DNA from: Polyangiaceae bacterium
GTDB lineage: Bacteria > Myxococcota_A > Polyangia > Polyangiales > Polyangiaceae
NCBI GenBank assembly: GCA_965222375.1
Contig: CBDCTZ010000015.1
Coordinates: 1,216,001 to 1,280,000 of the forward strand
Direction: 5' to 3'
DNA: 64,000 nucleotides
The notes under the pieces are model-generated. The model did not search any database. It worked only from the letters and a program-made list of their open reading frames with translations, and was not told the DNA's origin. The translations under genes were made by a program, and so were the position numbers. Every line of letters begins with the position of its first letter. Position 1 is the first letter of the stretch. This document shows, in pieces, positions 29,176 to 39,449 of this stretch.

Positions 29176-29311
29176 CGTAGCCAGCGGCGCCGAGCGCAAG
29201 CCAGGGAGCACGCGCCCGGTGCGTGAATACAACAATGCCTGAACATTTTGACGTCGTAATCGTCGGTGCCGGTCTATCGGGCATCGGTTCCGCTAGCCAC
29301 CTGCAGGCGAA
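29176..29311 (+). repeat. 136-bp perfect direct repeat, copy 2
   Basis: Identical to 17062-17197. Confidence 0.95.
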
Positions 29312-30734
29312 GTGCCCCAGCCGAACCTTCGTGCTCCTGGAAGGTCGCGAGCGCATGGGCGGCACCTGGGATCTGTTTCGCTATCCGGGGATCCGTTCGG
29401 ACTCGGACATGTACACCCTGGGCTATTCCTTCCGACCGTGGACCAGAAACCAAGCGATCGCCGATGGGCCATCGATCTTGCAGTACTTGAAGGACACCGC
29501 TGAAGAAAACGACGTTGAGCGGCACATCCGTTTCTCGCACCACGTCAAGCGCGCGACCTGGTCCAGCCGGCGCGCCAGGTGGACGGTCGAGGCGGAGCGC
29601 GGACCAGAGCGCGAACTCGTAACCTTCACTTGCTCCTTCCTGCACATGTGCAGCGGCTACTACCGCTACGACCGGGGCTACACACCCGAGTTCTCTGGCA
29701 GGGACAAGTTCCGCGGGCGCATCGTCCACCCTCAGAAGTGGACCGACGACATCGACTACGAGGGCAAGCGCGTCATCGTGATCGGCAGCGGCGCCACTGC
29801 GGTGACCCTCGTGCCAGAGCTGGCCAAGGACGCCGCCCACGTCACAATGCTGCAACGCTCGCCGACTTACATGATCGCCCTTCCCACCGAGGACCCAATG
29901 GCGCTGTGGCTGCAGCGCCGCCTTCCGCCGATGGTTGCCTACGGAATCACGCGCTGGAAGAACGTGATCTTCAGCATGCTGGTGTTCACGCTGTCGAGGC
30001 GGCGACCGGAAGGCGTCAAACGCCTACTGCTGAAGCACGTTCGAGAGCAGCTCGATCCAAGCTACGACGTCGACACGCACTTCACGCCCAGCTACAACCC
30101 CTGGGATCAGCGGATTTGCGTGGTCCGCAACGGAGACTTGTTCGAGGAGATTCGTAGTGGCCGGGCGTCCATCGTGACAGACCACATCGACACCTTCACG
30201 AAAACCGGGATCCGACTCAAGTCAGGCGACGAACTCGAAGCCGACCTCATCGTCACTGCCACCGGGCTCGAGCTCCTGGTGCTGGGCGGCATCGAGCTCT
30301 TCGTCGACGGCAAAGAAGTCAACCTCGCCGAGACCTTCATGTACCGCGGCATGATGTACAGCAGCGTACCGAACCTCGCGTCATCCTTCGGCTACACAAA
30401 CGCATCTTGGACACTGAAATGCGATCTGACCTGCAGCTATGTCTGCCGCTTGCTCAACCACATGCAAGAGCACGGCTACGCCTCCTGCACGCCCCGACTC
30501 ACGGACCCAACCATGCAGCCCCTGCCCGCCTTGGATTTCACATCTGGCTACGTGCAGCGCGCCATGCACAAGTTTCCCAAGCAGGGCTCCAAAGCACCCT
30601 GGCGCCTGTTCCAGAACTACGCGCTGGACACGGTTAGCCTAAGCGTCGGCGACCTCGAAGACGGCACCATGGAGTTCAAGCCTGCGCCGGCGGCAACCCA
30701 ACCCGCTGCAACTGCTCACGAACTCGCTCGCTGA
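29223..30734 (+). CDS. flavin-containing (Baeyer-Villiger, EthA-like) monooxygenase
   Basis: GAGLSG, GGTWDLFRYPGIRSDSD, F.G.IVHPQ.W, GSGATAVT, ATG. Confidence 0.93.
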   Translation: MNTTMPEHFDVVIVGAGLSGIGSASHLQAKCPSRTFVLLEGRERMGGTWDLFRYPGIRSDSDMYTLGYSFRPWTRNQAIADGPSILQYLKDTAEENDVERHIRFSHHVKRATWSSRRARWTVEAERGPERELVTFTCSFLHMCSGYYRYDRGYTPEFSGRDKFRGRIVHPQKWTDDIDYEGKRVIVIGSGATAVTLVPELAKDAAHVTMLQRSPTYMIALPTEDPMALWLQRRLPPMVAYGITRWKNVIFSMLVFTLSRRRPEGVKRLLLKHVREQLDPSYDVDTHFTPSYNPWDQRICVVRNGDLFEEIRSGRASIVTDHIDTFTKTGIRLKSGDELEADLIVTATGLELLVLGGIELFVDGKEVNLAETFMYRGMMYSSVPNLASSFGYTNASWTLKCDLTCSYVCRLLNHMQEHGYASCTPRLTDPTMQPLPALDFTSGYVQRAMHKFPKQGSKAPWRLFQNYALDTVSLSVGDLEDGTMEFKPAPAATQPAATAHELAR

Positions 30735-30936
30735 CTCTCGAAACCCAACCACAGCGCTCAACGCTACTGGAACTCCAACGCAGGCTTATATGCGCTATGC
30801 ATATAAGTTTTCAACACTCTCCGGCGTTCGCATGGGATGACGTCACTCCCTCACCACTTGTAACCCACTAGCTTCGGACAGTAAGCTTGCACTAGCGCTA
30901 GAACTGTGCCGACTCAACCGCATGCGCTACGGGCAC

Positions 30937-30960
30937 GGCCTTGCCGCCCGCGGCAAGGCC
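30937..30960. terminator. GC-rich hairpin between convergent genes
   Basis: ggccttgccg-cccg-cggcaaggcc, 10-bp stem; no U-tract. Confidence 0.5.
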
Positions 30961-30974
30961 ACACCCCAAGAGCA

Positions 30975-31511
30975 CTACTTCGCCGCTAACGTCTTGCACG
31001 CCTCCAAGTGCTTCTCCGCCAGTTCGACGGATTTGACCCCATCGAGTCCCGTCGTCTTGCAGCGGTAGCCCTTACCGCCAACGTCCACCAGCATGACGCC
31101 GATGTAGCCCTTCTTGCCATCGCTATCGAACTGCAAGATCGCGAGGTTGTCGGCTTCCTTTTCCCACTTCTTGAAGGGGAACATGATCGTGTCCTTCTCG
31201 AACTCCTTCTTGATCGCGGGGAGCTTCTCACTCTCGGGCCGGATGTTGATCGACGCGCCGCCGCCCACGTCGACGGTGACGCTCTTCTTGTCGGCGACAG
31301 ACATGTCCATCGCGCCCATGCCGCCTTTCTTCACTTGAATCGTGAGCGGTAGCGGGTCGAGGTTGACCTTGGCGAGCTCGCCACCTCCCGCGGCCGGGGC
31401 CGCAGCCGGCGCACCTGCACTGGCGGAGGCTTGTCCGCCTCCGCTCTTCTTACCGCCGAGGTTGCAGCCGACCGAAAGCACCAAAACCGGAAACCATAGG
31501 ATGTGTCGCAT
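30975..31511 (-). CDS. hypothetical lipoprotein
   Basis: MRHILWFPVLVLSVGC lipobox; AAGGAG RBS upstream. Confidence 0.75.
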   Translation of the reverse strand: MRHILWFPVLVLSVGCNLGGKKSGGGQASASAGAPAAAPAAGGGELAKVNLDPLPLTIQVKKGGMGAMDMSVADKKSVTVDVGGGASINIRPESEKLPAIKKEFEKDTIMFPFKKWEKEADNLAILQFDSDGKKGYIGVMLVDVGGKGYRCKTTGLDGVKSVELAEKHLEACKTLAAK

Positions 31512-31658
31512 CTTCTTTTCTCCTTGCTGTGCGCACTCAAAACGAGCTGCGCTTCGCAGGTGACTTACGCGGCGGTCTGCGGTCACACCCCATCAAATCC
31601 CGGTCAAAAACTGGTCAACGGGAAGGCGAAGTGTGGGGATTTCCAGCTTTGATCCGGG

Positions 31659-33419
31659 TCAGCCCGCGACAGCCCGCGAGGGCGGTAACAGCGCGGACAG
31701 CTGCTGTAGCAACTCCGCAACCCGAGCAGGGCGCTGCTCCCGATCCGTAGATAAAGCGCGTGCAAGCACCTGCTCCAGCTCCGCTGGGTAGCCGCCGGGC
31801 GAAACTTGCCCGAGTGCTGGAGCCGCTTCACGAAGCAGTCGCGCGTAAACTTCCGCGACTGTCTTGTCGAAGAAAGGAGGTACGCCGGCGATCATCTCGT
31901 AGGTTACGACCGCCAGCCCGTACAAATCCGAACGTACGTCCAGGGGTTCACCGCGTGCCTGTTCCGGTGACATGTACAGCGGCGTTCCCGCAACCACGCC
32001 GCTCGTGGTCCGGCGGGACTCGTGACTCGGGTCTAGGTTCTTGACCAATCCGAAGTCGAGCAGCATGGCGCGCTGCCCTTCAGCGGTGTGTGCCAAGAAC
32101 ACGTTTGCGGGCTTCAGGTCTCGATGCAGCAGTCCCGCATCGTGGGCGCACGTCAGGGCCTCACCGATCTGTTGCGCGATGCGCACCGCTTCCTCCCAGG
32201 GCAAGCAGCCGACGCGCTGAAGCCGAGCTTCCAGGCTCTCGCCTTCCAGTAAGTCCATCACGATGTAGGCCGTCCGTTCGTCGATGCGGCCCAACTCGTG
32301 GGTCGTCACGATGCCCGGATGACCGAGCTGGCTTGCCGCGTGAGCCTCCTGCTCGAAGCGCGCTAGCGCATCGGGGCTGTTGGCGACATCTGGCAACATG
32401 ATCTTCAGTGCGTAGTTGGTCCCGCTCGACAGATGCGTGGCTCGAAACACGGCGCCCATGCCTCCTTGAGCCAGCAGCGCATCCACTCGCCACACCCCGT
32501 TGATGGTGCGACCGACCCAGCCGCTCATCTGCGCGGGCTGAGGTGCCCGGGGAGCGCCGGGGGCGCTTGGCTCGAGCACTTGGGCCAAACGATCTCGCGG
32601 GACGATCTCCTGTTTCAGCGCTTCCACGGCGACACTGCGCGTGTCGGCCACGGGCAGCTCGAGCCGCTCGGCAAGCTGCTCGATCGTGTGCACGCCAGAA
32701 GCGCTCACGACCGCGGAAAGGCGCGCGGCGCGAGCCGCTCGTCGCCAATTGCTCAGAGCCCGGCTCGCTAGAAAGATGGCACCCGCCAGGGGGAAGAGTC
32801 CGCCGGGGACCAACAGGACGAGGGCAATGACGCCTTCGCCGGTTGCGATGCCGGCCACGCCAATCACGACGAACAGGGCGCCGAAGCCCAACACGGGCAG
32901 AGCGGCGAGGGCGAGCAATAGCGCGCGCCAACGGCGTGTGCGTCGGAAGGCGATTAACCGCTGGCGCTCGGGCCCCATGGGCAGCGCCGCCCTGAGGCCT
33001 GAGCTCTGCACCAGCTTCGCGCAACCCACGCGGGTCGCCAGTTGCATCAAGTGGTTGGCGCGGCTTTCCGGCACGCGCAGCAGATGTGCCGCCTCCGACA
33101 GAGTGAAGTCGACCTGGGTTTCGGCATACACGCAGAGTTCCCCCAGCTCTTCGGCGTCTCGCCGTCGCCGCACGCCAGCCCAGGCAATGAGCAAAGACGC
33201 CAGGGTGGGCCCCACACCGCCGAGCAAGAAGACGATGACGCCGTTGCGCATGCTCAGCCCGGTGATCAAGAGGATCAAACTCCAGAACAGCCAGAACGTG
33301 CCGAACAGCAGTCCGAGTACCGCCACCGCGATCAGCCATCCGCCGACACGGCCGCGCTTGCGCGCGAAGTCACGCAGCGCGTGAGGGACCAGAGCGAAGC
33401 CGATGGTCTCGGTCGTCAC
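31659..33419 (-). CDS. membrane-anchored Ser/Thr protein kinase (C-terminal kinase domain)
   Basis: GGMGAVF, ALK, HRDLKPAN, DFG, GTPLYMSPEQ, D.RSDLY; four N-terminal TM helices. Confidence 0.92.
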   Translation of the reverse strand: MTTETIGFALVPHALRDFARKRGRVGGWLIAVAVLGLLFGTFWLFWSLILLITGLSMRNGVIVFLLGGVGPTLASLLIAWAGVRRRRDAEELGELCVYAETQVDFTLSEAAHLLRVPESRANHLMQLATRVGCAKLVQSSGLRAALPMGPERQRLIAFRRTRRWRALLLALAALPVLGFGALFVVIGVAGIATGEGVIALVLLVPGGLFPLAGAIFLASRALSNWRRAARAARLSAVVSASGVHTIEQLAERLELPVADTRSVAVEALKQEIVPRDRLAQVLEPSAPGAPRAPQPAQMSGWVGRTINGVWRVDALLAQGGMGAVFRATHLSSGTNYALKIMLPDVANSPDALARFEQEAHAASQLGHPGIVTTHELGRIDERTAYIVMDLLEGESLEARLQRVGCLPWEEAVRIAQQIGEALTCAHDAGLLHRDLKPANVFLAHTAEGQRAMLLDFGLVKNLDPSHESRRTTSGVVAGTPLYMSPEQARGEPLDVRSDLYGLAVVTYEMIAGVPPFFDKTVAEVYARLLREAAPALGQVSPGGYPAELEQVLARALSTDREQRPARVAELLQQLSALLPPSRAVAG

Positions 33420-35860
33420 CGCGCTGTCTCCGATGCGTCGACGAACAACGGGCAGTCCGTCGTGAGCAAGTATCCGTCACCACGGGTGAGCAAGAACTCA
33501 CCCAGCCCGAGTTTGCGCAGGCTCGACACAGCCACCCGAACGCGGTGGGCTCCGGCGTCCTTGACCAGCTTCTCTCCCGGCCAGGCTGCCGCCTGGAGCT
33601 CGGCCCAGCTCAACGGCTTGCCTGGGTCGGCTTCTCTCTGCTGCGCCAGGGCATCGGCGATGCGTGACAAGGTTCGGCGCCGATGCAGGCTCACCGCCTG
33701 GCCGCCCGGCGTGCGAAACCAGCGCCCGGCGCTTCCGATGACGAGTGCATCCGTCGGTGCCTTGGGTGCAACGTAGGCCTGGGGTCGCAGGGCTCGGCTC
33801 AGGCATCGAGTCCAGAAGCACCTCTTGGCGTCCTCGTCGGACACGCTCGGCGCTGCTTCGCCAGCCTCCGGCGCAAGGACCTCCGCGTCCAGCCACGTCG
33901 AGAGCCGTTGGGCCACCCGACGCACGCGCGCGCCCAGTGCTCCGATTCCGTCAGCTGCGCGGAGAAGTGCGTGGGCTTCACCCAACTTCTTGGATCCAGC
34001 AGCGGCTAGGGCCGCGAGCACCAAAGCCTGGGCCTCGCAGGCACCGTCCTGAAGCGCCCGGGCGCGCTGAGCTAGCTCTTGAAGCTGGCTGCCATCGCCG
34101 CCTTGCCCACGATCGTAAGCGAGCATCGCCGCAGTCAGATCCCGCCGCAGCGCTTCTGGCGCCGCGTCTGCACCCGACAAGCCGTGCAACACCCTCGAGA
34201 CAGCTTCGTGCTGACCTCGATCCAGATAGGCAAGAGCAAGATCGATGCACGCTTGCCGCGCGGCGACGTCATCTTGTTGGGACGCGAACAAAGCCGACGC
34301 CCGCTCGAAAACGCAAGCTGCATCTTCACCCAATTCGGCCCGCGCTCGCGCCAGCGCGCGAAGTGCTCGCGCTTCGCCCAGCAGGTCTCCGGCTGTGGAC
34401 AGGAGCGTCAGTGCTTCCTGCGCGTGCTGTGCGGCAAGTCCGGCCTCGCCTTGGTCGTGCAGCACCCTGGAAAGCCCGAGGCGAGCCGCGCCGCGCAATT
34501 CCGAACGCTCCAACGCACTGGCCAGCTTGTCCGCCCGGGAAAGGTCACGCAGCGCGCTCGCACCGTCACCCGCGTGCTGGCGCGCTGACCCCGTGGCGAC
34601 CAGGGTTCGACAGATCAACATGGGATCTGCGCCCGAGTCCCGACTGCGCTGCAAAACTCCGTCCAGCACCGAAAGATGTCGTAGCGGGGGCGCCTGGTCC
34701 GCGCTCGCATACAGCGCACTGAGCACGCGGAGCGCTGGTTCGGCCTCGCGTCGCGTGAGATCTTTACGCCCCAGCACCGACTCAATCACCGCGTCCAAGT
34801 TGTGCCGCTCCAGATGCAAGCCCTCGTCGGTCGCTCCACGCTCCGCTAAGTCCGCGAAGTAGGCCGCGTGGCACTGACGAGCTTCGGCAATTTGCTCGGC
34901 GTCGGCCTGGCGCTGCGCAAAGCGGCGGACTGACGCCAGCAATTGCAGCCGCACACCGCCGTCCTCCGAGTTGTTTGCCTGCAGCCAGGAGCGCGCCCGC
35001 AGAGCGGAAGTCAGCTCGACTCCCCCGGCGGCCGCATCGAGTACCGCCTCCGCCGCCTCCAGCTCGAAGCTACCGGGAAACACCGAGAGCCTCCCGAGCG
35101 CGCGCTGCTGGGTGGTGTCGAGAGCGGACCAGGCTCCTGCGAATGCCGACTCCAAGGCGCGCGGCAACTCTCCCCCGCCTCGAGCTGCCCCGCCGCCCTG
35201 ACGCATGCGGTGCAACAGCGCCGCGGGAGCCATGACGCTGAGCCTCGGCGCGGACAGCTCGATGCCGAGGGGCAAACCGTCCAGCTCTTTGAGCAGCTCC
35301 ACCAGAATTGGTCGCTCGGCAGCGGTTGGTTCGTAGCCGGGGCGCGCGCGCCGTGCATGCTCGACCAAGAGTTCCGCCGCCGGGCCTTCGAACTCTGAGC
35401 TGTGACTGAGGGGCGATAGCTCGGTTGCGCGCTCCGTCGGCAATGCGAGAAGCTCGCGGCAGGTCACCAGCACGCTGAGCCCGGGATGCCTGTAGAGCCA
35501 GTCGTCCAGCTTCGTCCGGAGCAATGCCACCGCGGGCTCGCAATCATCCAGGAGCAGCAAGAACGCGCCGTCACCGCCCAAGCTTTCCTGGCCACCCAGC
35601 AGCGCTTCTGCCACGCCGGCTTCGTCCAATGCCGAGAGCAGGGCTGCTTCATCCGCCGCGCCAGCCAGGCACGCGTAGCGCGTGCCCTCGAAGGCGCCGC
35701 TCGTCGCAACGTTGTCCATGACCGCGCGGGCCAGGCGCGACTTGCCCACTCCCACGGGGCCCGTCAGCGTGATCAAGCGCTCGTCGGCAACAAGCCACTC
35801 CTCAATCGATCGCTGCTCCGCGGCGCGACCGACGAGGGTGGAGGCTCTCGCATCGGGCAT
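33416..35860 (-). CDS. STAND-type ATPase with TPR region and C-terminal winged-helix domain
   Basis: LVGR, GPVGVGKS, LLLLDDCE, LDGLPLGIEL; TPR-like helices; WPGE...HRVRVAVSSLRKLG..GY; start placed at MPDAR. Confidence 0.85.
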   Translation of the reverse strand: MPDARASTLVGRAAEQRSIEEWLVADERLITLTGPVGVGKSRLARAVMDNVATSGAFEGTRYACLAGAADEAALLSALDEAGVAEALLGGQESLGGDGAFLLLLDDCEPAVALLRTKLDDWLYRHPGLSVLVTCRELLALPTERATELSPLSHSSEFEGPAAELLVEHARRARPGYEPTAAERPILVELLKELDGLPLGIELSAPRLSVMAPAALLHRMRQGGGAARGGGELPRALESAFAGAWSALDTTQQRALGRLSVFPGSFELEAAEAVLDAAAGGVELTSALRARSWLQANNSEDGGVRLQLLASVRRFAQRQADAEQIAEARQCHAAYFADLAERGATDEGLHLERHNLDAVIESVLGRKDLTRREAEPALRVLSALYASADQAPPLRHLSVLDGVLQRSRDSGADPMLICRTLVATGSARQHAGDGASALRDLSRADKLASALERSELRGAARLGLSRVLHDQGEAGLAAQHAQEALTLLSTAGDLLGEARALRALARARAELGEDAACVFERASALFASQQDDVAARQACIDLALAYLDRGQHEAVSRVLHGLSGADAAPEALRRDLTAAMLAYDRGQGGDGSQLQELAQRARALQDGACEAQALVLAALAAAGSKKLGEAHALLRAADGIGALGARVRRVAQRLSTWLDAEVLAPEAGEAAPSVSDEDAKRCFWTRCLSRALRPQAYVAPKAPTDALVIGSAGRWFRTPGGQAVSLHRRRTLSRIADALAQQREADPGKPLSWAELQAAAWPGEKLVKDAGAHRVRVAVSSLRKLGLGEFLLTRGDGYLLTTDCPLFVDASETAR

Positions 35861-35972
35861 GACTGAGGCTAGGCCGAGCAAACTTCCCGTGCAAAGCGAT
35901 ACCTGCTGCTTTTCCGGCGAGTTTCTACCGGCAGTTCGGGCTCCGTCAGCGTAAGCTCTGGCCGTGTGGCAC

Positions 35973-37505
35973 ATGTTCAGCCGATCGAGTTTGGCGCGAC
36001 TGCATTTTATTGCATGGGTGCTGGTCATCGCGTGTTCGAGCGAGAGCTCCGACCCCCAGGTCGATAGTGGAGCGGCCCAGGATGCGGGCAGCACGGACTC
36101 GTCCCATCACAGCGACAGCAGTGGCCAGGACGCGAACGAGCACGACGCGAGCGACGCCGCTCCGGACGCGCCACCTGCGGATGGTGAGCCCGGCGACGCC
36201 GGTCCGAAGCCTACGCTACGCGTGCTGTTCATCGGCAATAGCTACACCGCCGTCAACTCACTACCGACAGTCCTCGCCAAGCTGTCCGAAGCGAGCCAAT
36301 CGCCGGTTTCCTTCGTGGTCGCGCAACACACACCGGGCGGTGCGACCTTTGACGACCACAACGTCAATCCGGCCGTCGACCAGTTGATTGCCCAAGGCTG
36401 GCACCACGTCGTACTGCAGGACCAAAGCCAGCAGCCTTGGATCTACAAAGCTAACGCCAAACCCGAACTGCTCTCTCTGGATTCCAAGATCACAGCGGCG
36501 GGCGCCAAGACGCTGCTGTTCATGACCTGGGCGCGCAGCACGGATGTCGTGACCCACAAGTCTCGCTTCGCCATGGACATGGCGGTGAACCACTACTACG
36601 AGCGCCACGCTGAGGCCGTCGGCGCAGGCGTCGCGCCGGTCGGCCGCGCCTGGGAGCGCGCCAGGAGGGATCCCACGCTTACCCTGCACAGCTCAGATGG
36701 ATCGCACCCCAACGAAAACGGCACCTACCTCGCGGCCTGCGTTTTCTACGCCACGCTGACCAATACCTCACCGCTGGGCCTGGGCTCCGGGGGGCTCAAC
36801 GTCCCCGCTGCTCTGCAGACACGGCTGCAACAGACCGCGTGGGACACGCACCTCGCGCGGCAGCGGGCGCAATCACCCGCAATCGGATCATGGCCGCTCT
36901 CGGCGACCACAGGGGGACAGGACATCGCCCCATTTCTGCTGACCCTCGGCGGCCTGACGGGGCCGACGGGCACACCGCAGACGGCAACACAGTTTGAAAC
37001 GGGCAAATACGCCGGCATTCCCTACTTCCCAGGCATAAACGCTCCGAAGATCACTGTCGCCTTCGACGCCTATCGCGCCGACTGGAGCGTCCCGACGGCC
37101 TTGCCCGAAATGTTCGTCTCCAAGTCGTTTGGCTACCAGCTCCAGCAATCCGGAGTCACTCTGGAGGCGAAGCTGTATACAACAAGTGGCGACCTGTCTC
37201 CGGACCTGACCCATTCAGTGGCAGGTCTGTCCCCCGGCTGGCACCACTTCGCTTTGACCTACGATGGCGCAAGCTACGCGCTTTGGGTGGATGCTTCGAA
37301 GGTCGCCTCTGCTCCGATTACCGGCGACATACGTTATTACCCGCTGGCGCCAGACTACATCCGCTACAATGCTATCTCGGTGGGCGCGCACAACGTCGAT
37401 CCAACTTCGCTTGGGGTGGCGGCCACCGCGAGCTTCACCGGGGCGCTGTCCAATCTGCGGCTATTCGATCGCGCGCTCAGCCAAGCGGAGCTGCAGAATC
37501 TGTGA
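35973..37505 (+). CDS. SGNH hydrolase (DUF4886-like) plus LamG/ConA domain lipoprotein
   Basis: Lipobox VIAC; LFIGNSYT, DGSHP..GTYLAA; WHHFALTYDG...LWVD...F.G.L..LRLFDRALS. Confidence 0.85.
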   Translation: MFSRSSLARLHFIAWVLVIACSSESSDPQVDSGAAQDAGSTDSSHHSDSSGQDANEHDASDAAPDAPPADGEPGDAGPKPTLRVLFIGNSYTAVNSLPTVLAKLSEASQSPVSFVVAQHTPGGATFDDHNVNPAVDQLIAQGWHHVVLQDQSQQPWIYKANAKPELLSLDSKITAAGAKTLLFMTWARSTDVVTHKSRFAMDMAVNHYYERHAEAVGAGVAPVGRAWERARRDPTLTLHSSDGSHPNENGTYLAACVFYATLTNTSPLGLGSGGLNVPAALQTRLQQTAWDTHLARQRAQSPAIGSWPLSATTGGQDIAPFLLTLGGLTGPTGTPQTATQFETGKYAGIPYFPGINAPKITVAFDAYRADWSVPTALPEMFVSKSFGYQLQQSGVTLEAKLYTTSGDLSPDLTHSVAGLSPGWHHFALTYDGASYALWVDASKVASAPITGDIRYYPLAPDYIRYNAISVGAHNVDPTSLGVAATASFTGALSNLRLFDRALSQAELQNL

Positions 37506-37559
37506 ACAGAGCAAGCGCCTTCGCCACGGTCCCAGTGAGCGAAGTATTCGGTGCCAACC

Positions 37560-38471
37560 ATGAGTGAAGATACCGGATTCAACGCGCGCACCACCACCGA
37601 CGAAGTGCTCGAAGGGGTCGATCTCTCAGCCAAGCGTGCGGTGGTCACGGGCTGCAACACGGGTATCGGCTTCGAAACCGCTCGGGCCTTGGCCAGCGCG
37701 CGCGCGACGGTCGTATTGCCTTGCCGATCCTTGGACAAGAGCCGCGATACAGCCAGACGAATCGCGGAACTGGTGCCGCACGCCAAGACGGAGACCGCCG
37801 AGCTGGACCTCTCCTCCTTGCAGTCAGTCGCTGGCTTCTGCAAGTCGGAGAAAGGCAAAGCCATCGACATGCTCGCCTGCAACGCGGGCATCTATCCCAC
37901 GGGGTACAGCGAGAGCGCGGACGGCATCGAACTCTGCTTTGCGATTTGCCACATTGGCCACTTCGCGCTGTGCCAAGGCTTGCTCAACGAACTCAAGCAG
38001 TCGCGAGCGCGGATCGTGATGGTCTCGTCCGGGTCCCACCGCACGCCACCGAAGTTGAACTTCGACAACTTGCCGCCCAAGCAGCGCGGCTACTCGCCCA
38101 TGAAAGCCTACGGCCAAGCCAAGCTCGCGAACGTGCTCTTCGCCAAGGAGCTCCAACGAAGGCTCGACGGCGACGGCGTCACCGTTAACGCCCTGCACCC
38201 GGGCGCACTCATCGCGACCTCCATCAGCAGGAACTCGCTCTTGGCCCGCATCGCCATCACCCTCGCCAAGCCCTTCACCAAGACCCTTGCGCAGGGTGCG
38301 GCAACGACCGTCCTGTGCGCCGCCTCGCCCACTACCGCCGACGCCAAGGGCGAATACTTCCAAGATTGCCAAGTCGATCGCGCCAGCGCGGAGGCCTGCA
38401 GCCCCGCCGTCGCGAAAAAGCTCTGGGAGCTGACCGAGGCATTGCTGCGCGACAAGGCCGCAACGTCCTGA
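37560..38471 (+). CDS. short-chain dehydrogenase/reductase (retinol-DH/WWOX-like)
   Basis: TGCNTGIG, NAG, MVSS, YGQAK, LHPG. Confidence 0.92.
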   Translation: MSEDTGFNARTTTDEVLEGVDLSAKRAVVTGCNTGIGFETARALASARATVVLPCRSLDKSRDTARRIAELVPHAKTETAELDLSSLQSVAGFCKSEKGKAIDMLACNAGIYPTGYSESADGIELCFAICHIGHFALCQGLLNELKQSRARIVMVSSGSHRTPPKLNFDNLPPKQRGYSPMKAYGQAKLANVLFAKELQRRLDGDGVTVNALHPGALIATSISRNSLLARIAITLAKPFTKTLAQGAATTVLCAASPTTADAKGEYFQDCQVDRASAEACSPAVAKKLWELTEALLRDKAATS

Positions 38472-38628
38472 AACTAGCCTGGTCGGCTCCACCCCGTTGC
38501 GATCGTTCCAGCGATTGGTTTGGGAGCCGCTTTGTAACTTGGCGCGACTGCAGGCACTGCACGTCCCACGGCCCTGCGGCAGCGTTCAAGCTCTCGCGGC
38601 AGCCGCGCCGGGGCCACGCGGTCGACGG

Positions 38629-39117
38629 CTACTCGACGCGCGCCCAAGCAGGATTCGCCCATCGCCAAGCGACGGCCGCTAATCCTGCGAATACCAGTAC
38701 AGGCGGCACGGCAAGAAGGAGCGCGACGTAGCCGTAGATCAGCCAGTGAAATGCAAAAACGAGCACGCCCGGCAACACGAACGCCGAAAGCCAGACGATC
38801 CGCCACCTCTCATACTTGGCGTCGCGCAGCCGACGGTCTCCAGCCCAGGCCAGCACGCACCAGGTTGCCAAGACTACGGTCTCTATCGCGTACATGATGA
38901 GACCCATCCAGGCTAAGGCACCCCAATCCCGATCCACGAACTCGGTCCAGGTGCAGGGCTCCGGCGGAATGTCCGGCGCCATGCCTGGGCAGTTGCCTGT
39001 GCTTGCCCACTGCCACATCTCGTGGGCTTCGGCGAATGCCAGAAAGAGCAGCGTCGGCAAGATTGCCTGGGCCAGCCAGACCACTCCGAGATTCAGTAGC
39101 CGCCCGGTTTGCGCCAT
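38629..39117 (-). CDS. hypothetical membrane protein
   Basis: About four hydrophobic helices; CPG...D.P..PC loop. Confidence 0.6.
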   Translation of the reverse strand: MAQTGRLLNLGVVWLAQAILPTLLFLAFAEAHEMWQWASTGNCPGMAPDIPPEPCTWTEFVDRDWGALAWMGLIMYAIETVVLATWCVLAWAGDRRLRDAKYERWRIVWLSAFVLPGVLVFAFHWLIYGYVALLLAVPPVLVFAGLAAVAWRWANPAWARVE

Positions 39118-39449
39118 CGCCTAGCACTAGCGGGGCACTGTGTAGGCCATGTGGAAGGCGAGTGGTGCTTTGGGGCAATGCCCGCGGAGCCGAAGCAGCC
39201 GCGCGATCCATGCAACCCGCGACGATGCCCCGCATGGGGCGGCTCGCGAGAATCAACACCCTCGGGTGAATCCGAGGCGCATGGCCAGACGCGCATCTCG
39301 AGCCAACGCTCGGGACGCGACCCGGCGGGCTTTCTCGCACGCCTGGGGGGTGACGTACCAGCGCTGAGCGTCGGCGGGATCATACGCGACAACGCCTTCG
39401 CGACCAGCGTTCAAGAACTCGAAAGCATCTCCCCTTCGCCGGGCATAGC

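Noticed and set aside
30780..30815. dif site
   Set aside because: No TTATGTTAAA-like XerD arm and a 5-bp spacer; kept only as an unexplained palindrome
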